Positions 1-10,633 of a DNA stretch of 25,998 nucleotides are shown in pieces. Within the stretch, counting starts at the first letter, position 1. The number at the start of each line of letters is the position of its first letter. Source of the stretch: Selaginella moellendorffii (lineage: Eukaryota > Plantae > Lycopodiophyta); NCBI RefSeq assembly GCF_000143415.4, contig NW_003314359.1, forward strand, positions 4,610-30,607, read 5' to 3'. The notes under the pieces were generated by a model. The model searched no databases. It had not been told where the DNA came from and saw only the letters and a list, made by a program, of their open reading frames with translations. The position numbers were made by a program, and so were the translations under genes.

Positions 1-395
1 GACTGATCGTGGTGAACACTCGCTGGCGAATGTGCACTGTGTGTGCAGCGGATCATAGCAGCAAGGCTACTCTGCCACTTACAGTTGGAGAGTGGCGTTG
101 AAATCTCTTGGGACGCCAAGTGGGCTGCGTGTGGGTGGCGGAGTGGGCGGCGGAGTTGGCGGCGAAGTTACAAACTGGGTGTGTCTTGAAGTGGACGCCG
201 ATGCACACGAGTGCGATGCGAGCGCGAGTGTGATGCAAGCGCGAGTGGACGCCGATGCACACGAGAAACCTGTAGAGAAGGTAGATGAGCGCGAATGTGA
301 GCGTGATCGTGAGTGGGAGCACGATGCGAGCGCGAGTATGATGCAAAATGCAAAACCTAACCTCACACGGGCGAAATGTCACGACGGTTGGTAAT

Positions 396-534
396 CCCGC
401 AACGTCATCATTCCTCGGACTTGGGCGCCACCATTAATTTCTGGATCGCCGCGCGCATGCATGCACGTGAAATCCAAAAGAAATCCGCAACGTCATCATT
501 CCTCGGACTGCATGCACGCGAAATCCAAAAGAAA
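396..534. repeat. Interleaved ~25-bp direct repeats (CCGCAACGTCATCATTCCTCGGACT x2; GCATGCACGYGAAATCCAAAAGAAA x2), also at 8712-8850
   Basis: Read directly. They lie upstream of the minus-strand gene. Confidence 0.8.
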
Positions 535-1003
535 GATCATGATTGGGATATCATTTAATACCCTTGCTATATTTATACCATGCATGATTGGATATTGCAA
601 AGCATCTTGTATTTCCAAAAATGCCAGATGTTCAGCTAAATAAAGAATGGTATACAATGTCCTTCTTGATGACCCTGCAAAGAAGCATCTCGATCGGACA
701 CCATATGAGACCACACGAGCCTTACAATATTTCAGGGGCATTTGCCATAGATCCGACCGTTATTTTGCTCCAAGATTCTACAGTTTGGTGTGCATTGACC
801 TTTCCATTGACACTGCAAAGGGACATCACAATCAGATGCGGGATCACAAGAAACCAACTTCACTAACTCTGGTTTCGCCAAGATCTACGTAAGGAGTTAT
901 GAAATGAAAGGACCCTCTCTATTGAAATGTGTTTATGGTCCTGACATATCAAAGGATTTTGCATCAAGTTCTATATTTGCATGTTTATCAAGCTACTGAA
1001 TTG

Positions 1004-1023
1004 CTAAACCCTAAACCCTAAAC
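1004..1023. promoter_or_regulatory. Tandem telo-box / interstitial plant telomere repeat
   Basis: CTAAACCCTAAACCCTAAAC. Confidence 0.55.
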
Positions 1024-1764
1024 ATGTGGCAAATGTTGCGTGAAGAAAGATGCCCTTTCTGGGCAAATGCTGTAAGAGGTAGATGCCGAGCAGATGTATC
1101 TCAGGCTAGCGAAGGGGACAAACGAAAGCTAGCTATAAACATGACGGGATGCAAATAGATTACTAGGCTGGTCCTGCAAAAATCAAAAACCATAATTGAA
1201 AACATTGAAAATGCAAAAAGAAAGGTTTATAATATTTTTGAATTTTAAGAAACCAAAGGAATGTAAGTAGGGCATGTGTTTGTAAGTTTAAAAATGCCTC
1301 AACCACTTAAATTCCCAAGTAAATAAAGCTGTTTCTATTTTTGGTACAGGTAAACTTTATAGCGTGTGGGCTCATGCAATTTTGAACCCAAAAATGCACC
1401 AAAAAATGCTCGACTAGCATTATTCTTTGAATGGCATGTGGCCTTATATTGCCATAAATGGACGTACACACACAGCATAATTATTCCTTTACACGGTGAA
1501 TAATCTTGGCGCGGATCATTGACATGGCATGGCAAAGTTCGAATCACTGACATGGCACAGCTGGATCAAGGCAAGGACATGATGTGACAAAGTTTAACCT
1601 CCGACAGCAAAGTCTAGAAGCTACTCAGTTTGAAATTTGTCAGAGGAATCATAAGATCTGGTTTATCAGAGGATTTAATGTGACGTTCAAGCGTGTGTTA
1701 TTTTTGAATTCTCGAACTCATTCCTAGGTCTATCATTTTTGTGCGCCGTGTTCTTGGTTCCACT

Positions 1765-1955
1765 GAGCGCAGTGAGCGCTGCTTGTGTAAGCGGCGTTGT
1801 GAGCTGTGGTTTATGCGTCTACGAGCGGTTGCGGCATTGCGAGCGCCATTGCGAGCGGCAGTTTATGCGAGTGGCAGTTTGTGCGAGCGGCGCTATGAGC
1901 AGTTGCGGTGTTGCGAGCGGCACTACGAGTAGTTGCGGTGTTGCGAGCGGCACTG
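1765..1955. repeat. CG-rich degenerate tandem repeat (TGCGAGCGGC core, ~27-30 bp period), also at 10081-10271
   Basis: Repeated GCGAGCG(G)C and GAGYAGTTGCGGTGTTGCGAGCGGCACT x2. Confidence 0.75.
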
Positions 1956-2317
1956 TTTTTGGTGTGGCTACCGCTTCCTCTTGATATTCGGCACTTGTGC
2001 TTCCTAGTATGTTCACCATGGAATGGCTTAGGACCACATTTAGAAATGGCATGAAGCCACATGCCATCTTGGGCTCTTGCAATTTCATAGCTAGCGTATT
2101 GTCATGTATGTTTTTACTTGCCTGCAGCTGTGTGTATATCAAGATGGCATGAGGCCTCATGCCAATTTTGTGAATGCGAAATTTCACGTGGGTGTCAAGA
2201 GCATGTTTGAATAATGGCATGTGGCCTCATGCTATTGAGGTTGTTTGGTATGTTATGATTTAGGCCATTCTCCAATCATTTTTTGTATGGTCTTAACTTC
2301 TTTTCTGCACTTTCAGA

Positions 2318-5214
2318 ATGGCCTCCGCAACTGCGACGCATGTTCCCTTCGTGGATCTTAAGAACCGTGCTACATGGATTCAGGCAAAGGTGTTTCTAAA
2401 CAACCCCGAGGGGGAGGTGGTAGCTGAGGGCTTAGCCACAGTTGTCGATCCAAGAGATGCGATTGCTAATCAAGAATTGGGCTGGGATGATATTGGAGTT
2501 GCGATTTTAGAGGTTGTTGACACAGAAGAAAACAGTCTGACTATTGGAAGCATTGTGCGGTGGAAATTGAGGCACTTAGTGTTTGAGAATGTGAAGGATT
2601 CACAATCAAACACCACTACAACTGATGACAGAACATCTCTTCATGGGAAAAGAAAGTACACCTTCCTAAAGTGCAGCCAAAGCGATCTGAGCAACGAACC
2701 GAAAAAGCAGAAAATGGCGATGGAGGTTCGAATGGTCTCGACAGTTGCTTGTTGCAAGAGGAGGTGCTGTCAACATGCTGATTGGGATGCTATTGAAGAG
2801 GAGAGAGCAAGATACAAGACATTGTCCTGGAAGGCAGCTCGCAATTTTGTGTATGAGGCATTACGGTCATCTGTTGATGCTTCAGAACATCAGGTGGGGG
2901 GCATGGTCTTCCAGAGGGGTTTGGTCTGCATGAAGGCATGGAGAATCATTTATGGAGTCCCTCGAACCACATTCTACAGAATCAAAACTGAGTTCGAGGA
3001 ACAAAGGGTTCAACAGGCAGTCCATGGGAACGACAGTACTCACAAAACCAGGGGTCATGTTGTATATGGAGAGGCAATCTTCAAGAGGTTTGTCAAGACA
3101 TGTAGCGAGCAGCAACCACATAAAACCCGCCTCTTGGAAGATGGAACACGACACCCAACGAGTTCTCCCTTCCATGTATACCAAGGGGGCCATATTGGAA
3201 GATGTGAATCGGGAACTCTAGAGTAATGGCTACAGGAAGCTGAGCCAATCTAGATTTAGTAGATTGTGGAGCAACAGGTTCAGGGATGTGAGTATAGGAA
3301 AGTACTCCAGGTTTTCAAAGAGTGACGAGTGCACTGCTATCAAAATGGCTTTGTCGAAGAATTCTTGCATCGCTCAAGAGCGAGAGACATTGTTTAGAAG
3401 GCGGCTCGACCACAATATCGAGCAGAGAAGCTGCAGGACTGCATATTATCATAATAGGATTCTCTCCATGGAGAGACCTGACTCTTACCTCTGCATCATC
3501 CACGACAAAATGGACCAGAAAAAGACGTGCTTACCTCGACTCAATCCTGCCCCCAAGGCAATCTCTTCATCCATGCAGCTGCCTGTGTCTCTGTTTGGCA
3601 TAATCGCTCATGGGCATGGTGCCCAGAACTATGGGAACTTCTTTGTACCTCTATGGGGTGGCGGGGGTGCAAACATGATGATTGCGTCCCTAGCAAAACA
3701 CTTAAGGTCTCTGCAAAGTGCACAGACTGAGCTGAACGGCCAACCCTTGCATAAGGCCCTTGTCGATCGAACCCCATACAGGGTTCAGCTGAAGGAGGAG
3801 CAAAGGCTTGCAGTATCGCGTGGGGCCCCATGCCATCTCAGTGAATATGTTGGCCGTCAGATTGTAGAGTTATCACGTGAGGCCTCATGCCATTCTGACG
3901 AGGCTGGTCGCCCGGTGAATGCACAGCCTCATCCAAACGAAGCAGAATCTCAAGGAAGTTCTTGCGGCCGATGTGGCCTTCCACCCCATCTTCTGCTCCA
4001 AACAAACAATGCTGGCAGTGAGAATAAAAACATGTACGTCTTCGCGTACTTGGCGATGCTTGTTGCCAAAGGCATATTTGAAACGGTTACACTTGGCTTT
4101 CTCATGGTTGGGCACACTCATGAAGATGTTGATGCCATGTTCAGTCACCTGTCAGAGTCCCTCCAGCGATCCAATGTCCTCACCCTCCCACAACTCTACG
4201 ATCAATTCCAAAATTGCATCAAAGGCATTGTTGAAGCTGCACTTGTGACAGAGGTTCCAGACTTTAAGGGGTTTGTAAGAGGCTACATCAGGGACGGATC
4301 TGAAACGCTGATTGGCCACTCCAAGCCTCTTCAATTTAATTTTAGCATGTGTCACAGTGCTCCAGTGATGAGGTACAAGATGAGAGAATGGGACACAGTG
4401 TGGCTGCCAATGGACGGCATTGAACTCTTCAAGAGAGATCCCATAACTGGGGAACCTATGATTCCTCAGGGTTCCCCACGGCCGATGCACCCGGATGGAC
4501 TCAAAGACCAGGAAAGTATAGTGGCCGGGATTAGACAGCATATTGCCTTCTGGAAGAGGGGGTTGGTGTTTGGTGGAGAATCCTATTTTCAGAGGTGCAA
4601 GCCTTTGATCGAATACTGGGAGAAGATTATATCTGCTATCCAAAATGGGCCGGTTGTATATGAAGAATTGGAAGAGTCCTTTTGGCTAGAACCCAGAGCA
4701 CTAGATAGTAGTGGAACAATGTCCTCTGGAAATGCAGTGACAGATAACGATGTTGAGGATCACTATTGTGGGCCGAGGAACAAGAAGCCAGATTCAGCAT
4801 TCAATCCAGTACAGGTCTGCAAAGGAATGGTCGTGCTTGTCAGACCCAGTAATAAAAAACAAATGATATGGGTGGGGCGCTGCATCACTGATGCAGAGGA
4901 GGACGCGGAAACTAACTCCTTCAATGTAACTGTGGAGTGGTTCAAGCCAAGTTCCGGATATACGAAGGATTACCTAGAAAAGAGATGGGTGCTGAATCCA
5001 AGGGATCCCAGCATGAGCATATCGGTGGATAATGTTGTGGATGGTTGGATGCGGAAGCAGAGTGCCACCATCACCTTGCCAGACCATGCAAGAGATGCAG
5101 CAAAAGCATTCATAACCCAGGTTCAAGGTGAGATTCATTAATATTCCTTTACTAAGTTTCTAATGTATTTTATTCCAAGGTGAACAATCCGAATCTGAAT
5201 CAGAGGAGGCGTGA
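2318..5214 (+). pseudogene. DDD-type transposase, Sola1-like (GHTHED-D family), copy 1, disrupted
   Basis: Motifs CCKRRCC, VCMKAW..IYGV, HGN, FSK(S)DEC, IIHDKMDQ.KT.LP, LLLQT(N)NAGSENKN, FLMVGHTHEDVDAMFS. Frameshift at ~3150 and in-frame TAG at 3219-3221 join ORFs 2318-3226, 2952-3221 and 3264-5141. Splice acceptor TTTCAG directly before the ATG. A 52-nt GT-AG intron (5128-5179) adds a last exon GEQSESESEEA* ending at 5214. Family assignment is from motif recall, not a search. Confidence 0.75.
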
Positions 5215-5940
5215 TGGCATGGCGTGATGGTGTGAGGCATGAGGCATGACACCAAAAAGGAGGTGTACACTAGCGCTTAGGCTTATAATGGCGTGTGCCC
5301 TCATGCCATTTACTTGATCACCAAATACCTTTTTCCCTTTGCACTAGTATATCTTAATACCGGTCTGAGAAATAGAATGGCATGTGCCCTCAGGCCTTTT
5401 ACTAAATCACCTTTGAAAGAAATGCAAGACTCTATGTCGTAAAAAAAAGGTACTAGAGAAATTCCTTAATAATATGAATGTTATTTAGTTTCATGAAAAT
5501 ACACTAAGGGTCAAATGAGTTAAATGACTTCTCCAGACTAGCAATGCCTCTTGCTACACCTTCACAATTAGATTTGTTAGAAAAAGATAACATTGATTAA
5601 TATCTAAATGTTCTCACCATTAAGTTATATGTCTGGCTAATAGGAATGACGTTCATCTTGGAAAGCTCACCACACGCTCAATGAACAAACAAATAGTGTG
5701 TGCGCGCATGCCATCGCTCTTCTTTAGCTTCAGATTCGGCTTGTTCACCTTGACAATGAGATTTATTATACAACCAGATGGACTCAGTCTGGACACAAAG
5801 TCACTGTGCTAGTCACCATGCCCTAGATATGTCTAGCCCCTGGACAAAAAACACATAATTTCACATCATTTTCAAATACTTGAAAATTTGTACCTAGTCC
5901 CATTTTACTGAATAAATCCCACTTTAACGAAATAGAGCTT

Positions 5941-6111
5941 GTCCCCACTAAGTCCCTTTCTGCCCCTGGCCGTGTTTGCCAACACTGCCACTGGATTGAG
6001 GCCCACAGGCCCGACCACTAAGTCCCACAGTCCTCTGGGACTTCCTCACCACATGACTGTGTCCTTGGTCACTACCCCAGAGGACTGCTCCTCTTCCTTT
6101 CCACAGTCTGG
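5941..6111 (-). repeat. 171-bp LTR fragment between the two transposon copies
   Basis: Identical to 14252-14422. Differs from 25526-25696 at GGATTGAG/GGATCGAG and CCACAGTCC/CCATGGTCC. Confidence 0.9.
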
Positions 6112-6113
6112 AC

Positions 6114-6146
6114 TGGTAATTTTAACTGTGAGAGTTAAAATTACCA
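6114..6146. other. Perfect 14-bp-stem hairpin at the left boundary of the element
   Basis: TGGTAATTTTAACT-gtgag-AGTTAAAATTACCA. Confidence 0.9.
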
Positions 6147-6676
6147 ACACTAGAACCTATAGACATTTGTGGGTGTATTTCCCTTTTTTCGAATGAGAGT
6201 GTGAATGAAGATCTATAAATTCTAGACAGTATGCTACGACAAACCCCTCAAGAATGTATTCTACAAAGAACCAAGTCTTTCTTTTATATGCAATAAGCTT
6301 ACATCAACGGTTATTTTTTTTCCTTTCAAACGGTTATATGGCTTCACATAGAATCTTATTTCAAATTTAATAATTTTTTAATTCTGACAAACCTAACATT
6401 TACTAGCCAAAAAGCATAGAGTACAAATTTAAAGAAGTGACAAGAATACTCTTTTCTCAAACATTTTATTTTATGTTCTAACAAATGTCCCTATCATTGC
6501 ATGTAGTAAATATTTAAATTATTAGAACAAAATGTGTTCTTTAGAACATTTTTATCTATATAATATATAGAGAGTTATTAAATTATTAGGTTCGCCATAA
6601 CCTTAAAATTTTAAAATTTATAATGTTTGTACTAAATTACAATTGAAAATTGAGCTCAACTCGTGAGCTCAACTCT

Positions 6677-8298
6677 TCAACTCGTGAGCTCAAGTATGGT
6701 CCGCGCCCGTGGTGACTGCCTGCTTTCACTCAGCCCTTGATCTGCAATGAATGGCATGAGCACACACGCCATAACCGCGAGGCATTACCTATCATCTTTT
6801 CGTTGCCCTTCTTCCTTTTCGAATCAAACGCCTCTGATCCCGATAACTGTCCAACGTGCTTTCGCTTTTTATGACCACTGTCAGTTTGAGCTTGGCTGGT
6901 GCTTGCCTGTTTTGCCTTTGAAGAAGTGTCTCCTGCAAGGAATGGCATGAGACCACATGCCATTGCAAATATAATTTGTACCTCCTTTTTTCCTATTGCT
7001 TGTCTGTTTGTCCTTCTTCGACGTGCCACCAGTGTGCTTTTCAGTCCTCGTGTCTGAATATTCACAACGATCTATAATCAAAATGGCGTGAGGCCTCATG
7101 TGACCTTACCTTGTGCAGGTTGTGAGCTCGGCCCAACATGGGTATCTTTAACAGTAGCTGTTAACGCCATTTCAGCATCTGGGGGTGGCCACGCTCCTGC
7201 ATACAGAGCTTGTGAGATAACATTTAAACTTAAAGTGCGTACTCACCAGGTTCGCAGAGAAGATACTGTTTTTCTTTGGCAACTGTAATTATATGCTCCA
7301 TTGAAGTCACCTCTTCAATGGAGTTTGTCACCGCAACACACGGGACACCCTTGAGTAGTGCGGCTCGAAAGAAAAGTCTGCCGTAGTTGTACTCGACAAC
7401 GCATTTGCCCTTGGAGTCGGAAGCAGGTGACCCACCCGCTATTGCGTTGAAGACCCAGCTGAGCATTTCCTCTCTTCTTTTTGGTGGGTGTAGTGTTCGA
7501 ACCCAAGGCAATGGCATCACCGAGTACCTTCTTTTTTGGAGCAAGAGAGTCGGACGTTGGCTTGAGCTTGACCACCCTTTTCTGCTTCGGGGTAGTTTCC
7601 AGATCGACCCCCTTCCCCTTCGCTTCGCGAACTGGAGGTACTCTCAACGGCTCAATGTTGGAATATAGTTTTTGAACATCGCCGTAGGTGAGGTCCATGG
7701 ATTCCATGTGATCTTCATAGACCCGCAGCGTCTTTGAAATTGTGGGCCTCCTGGACAACCTCTCCCTCTAGGAATTCCTCATAGCCGCTGCCCCCCTCCA
7801 GGAAGCCGCTAGGATGTACAAGGTAAATCTTGAAGGCGGACGTTGTCTCTACCATAAGTGCCAGTCCATATTCTTGCATGGAACTGCATGGAGTGTCTGT
7901 CACTTGGATGAGGATCCCCATGCATTCTTTTCTCCCACCATCTGTGTTGTACAGCCTCAGATCCTCGCCTTCCATCCCGAAAGTCCAACTGGTGAGCTCC
8001 TCCCCCTTCTCTGCATCCACATTGACAGTGGCTGGAAGAAGAACGCAATTCCTCGCCTGTTCAGAAATGCACAACAATTAGAGCTGACAGATGAAAAGCT
8101 AGCAGCTGGAAATAACGTGAGGCCACACGCCATTCACCACTGCATCAGATGTCTTGAGGCTGCATCCTAAGATGGCGTGAGGGTACACGCCATCTGTAAT
8201 CGGACTGCACTCGAGAGCCCAATTGGTGCATGCCAATGTTGCTACTGAATGGCATGTGGCCTCATGCCATTTTCTACTTGGCCTAAAAGACTTACCAT
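6677..8298 (-). pseudogene. Multi-exon accessory gene of unknown function (~390 aa, Lys/Ser-rich C-terminus with NLS-like KKRK), two frameshifts
   Basis: ATG at 8298-8296 is followed by GT-AG introns 8295-8057, 7246-7197, 7109-7054 (or 7072), 6981-6933 and 6788-6742. Splicing the last four keeps one open frame (...LLCEP-GAWPPPD...AQ-DTRTEK...KKG-GDTSSK...KMI-DQGLSE...ELTS*) to TGA at 6679-6677. The large exon shifts frame near 7760 and 7440. A probable 46-nt 5'UTR intron lies at 8398-8353. Confidence 0.65.
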
Positions 8299-9319
8299 TT
8301 GAAGCCGAATGGAGGCGTGACAATCGAGGCCGGACTCGCTGGCGAATGTGCACTGTGTGTGCAGCGGATCATAGCAGCAAGGCTACTCTGCCACTTACAG
8401 TTGGAGAGTGGCGTTGAAATCTCTTGGGACGCCAAGTGGGCTGCGTGTGGGTGGCGGAGTGGGCGGCGGAGTTGGCGGCGAAGTTACAAACTGGGTGTGT
8501 CTTGAAGTGGACGCCGATGCACACGAGTGCGATGCGAGCGCGAGTGTGATGCAAGCGCGAGTGGACGCCGATGCACACGAGAAACCTGTAGAGAAGGTAG
8601 ATGAGCGCGAATGTGAGCGTGATCGTGAGTGGGAGCACGATGCGAGCGCGAGTATGATGCAAAATGCAAAACCTAACCTCACACGGGCGAAATGTCACGA
8701 CGGTTGGTAATCCCGCAACGTCATCATTCCTCGGACTTGGGCGCCACCATTAATTTCTGGATCGCCGCGCGCATGCATGCACGTGAAATCCAAAAGAAAT
8801 CCGCAACGTCATCATTCCTCGGACTGCATGCACGCGAAATCCAAAAGAAAGATCATGATTGGGATATCATTTAATACCCTCGCTATATTTATACCATGCA
8901 TGATTGGATATTGCAAAGCATCTTGTATTTCCAAAAATGCCAGATGTTCAGCTAAATAAAGAATGGTATACAATGTCCTTCTTGATGACCCTGCAAAGAA
9001 GCATCTCGATCGGACACCATATGAGACCACACGAGCCTTACAATATTTCAGGGGCATTTGCCATAGATCCGACCGTTATTTTGCTCCAAGATTCTACAGT
9101 TTGGTGTGCATTGACCTTTCCATTGACACTGCAAAGGGACATCACAATCAGATGCGGGATCACAAGAAACCAACTTCACTAACTCTGGTTTCGCCAAGAT
9201 CTACGTAAGGAGTTATGAAATGAAAGGACCCTCTCTATTGAAATGTGTTTATGGTCCTGACATATCAAAGGATTTTGCATCAAGTTCTATATTTGCATGT
9301 TTATCAAGCTACTGAATTG

Positions 9320-9339
9320 CTAAACCCTAAACCCTAAAC
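9320..9339. promoter_or_regulatory. Tandem telo-box (copy 2)
   Basis: CTAAACCCTAAACCCTAAAC. Confidence 0.55.
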
Positions 9340-10633
9340 ATGTGGCAAATGTTGCGTGAAGAAAGATGCCCTTTCTGGGCAAATGCTGTAAGAGGTAGAT
9401 GCCGAGCAGATGTATCTCAGGCTAGCGAAGGGGACAAACGAAAGCTAGCTATAAACATGACGGGATGCAAATAGATTACTAGGCTGGTCCTGCAAAAATC
9501 AAAAACCATAATTGAAAACATTGAAAATGCAAAAAGAAAGGTTTATAATATTTTTGAATTTTAAGAAACCAAAGGAATGTAAGTAGGGCATGTGTTTGTA
9601 AGTTTAAAAATGCCTCAACCACTTAAATTCCCAAGTAAATAAAGCTGTTTCTATTTTTGGTATAGGTAAACTTTATAGCGTGTGGGCTCATGCAATTTTG
9701 AACCCAAAAATGCACCAAAAAATGCTCGACTAGCATTATTCTTTGAATGGCATGTGGCCTTATATTGCCATAAATGGACGTACACACACAGCATAATTAT
9801 TCCTTTACACGGTGAATAATCTTGGCGCGGATCATTGACATGGCATGGCAAAGTTCGAATCACTGACATGGCACAGCTAGATCAAGGCAAGGACATGATG
9901 TGACAAAGTTTAACCTCCGACAGCAAAGTCTAGAAGCTACTCAGTTTGAAATTTGTCAGAGGAATCATAAGATCTGGTTTATCAGAGGATTTAATGTGAC
10001 GTTCAAGCGTGTGTTATTTTTGAATTCTCGAACTCATTCCTAGGTCTATCATTTTTGTGCGCCGTGTTCTTGGTTCCACTGAGCGCAGTGAGCGCTGCTT
10101 GTGTAAGCGGCGTTGTGAGCTGTGGTTTATGCGTCTACGAGCGGTTGCGGCATTGCGAGCGCCATTGCGAGCGGCAGTTTATGCGAGTGGCAGTTTGTGC
10201 GAGCGGCGCTATGAGCAGTTGCGGTGTTGCGAGCGGCACTACGAGTAGTTGCGGTGTTGCGAGCGGCACTGTTTTTGGTGTGGCTACCGCTTCCTCTTGA
10301 TATTCGGCACTTGTGCTTCCTAGTATGTTCACCATGGAATGGCTTAGGACCACATTTAGAAATGGCATGAAGCCACATGCCATCTTGGGCTCTTGCAATT
10401 TCATAGCTAGCGTATTGTCATGTATGTTTTTACTTGCCTGCAGCTGTGTGTATATCAAGATGGCATGAGGCCTCATGCCAATTTTGTGAATGCGAAATTT
10501 CACGTGGGTGTCAAGAGCATGTTTGAATAATGGCATGTGGCCTCATGCTATTGAGGTTGTTTGGTATGTTATGATTTAGGCCATTCTCCAATCATTTTTT
10601 GTATGGTCTTAACTTCTTTTCTGCACTTTCAGA

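Larger units (their letters stand above)
1359..5398. repeat. Dispersed 22-bp palindrome ATGGCRTGWGGCCWCAYGCCAT, copy 1 set
   Basis: Copies start at 1359, 1431, 2046, 2144, 2214, 3815, 3872, 5288 and 5377. Half-site run at ~5208-5250. Confidence 0.9.
19..5940 (+). mobile_element. DNA-transposon-like element, copy 1 (left part missing or interrupted at the window edge)
   Basis: 18-6111 is near-identical to 8334-14422 (offset 8316, then 8311 after a 5-bp indel). It contains the transposase gene. The right end (...GAAATAGAGCTT) abuts LTR sequence starting GTCCCCACT. Confidence 0.8.

Noticed and set aside
53-394. Short overlapping ORFs in the GC-rich repeat (also 8369-8710, 1739-2220)
   Set aside because: They are low-complexity products of leader repeats with no recognisable domain.
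6112-6153. Helitron 3' end (hairpin + CTAG)
   Set aside because: The hairpin is AT-rich, CTAG is followed by A rather than T, and there is no Rep/helicase or matching 5' TC end. The encoded enzyme is DDD-type.
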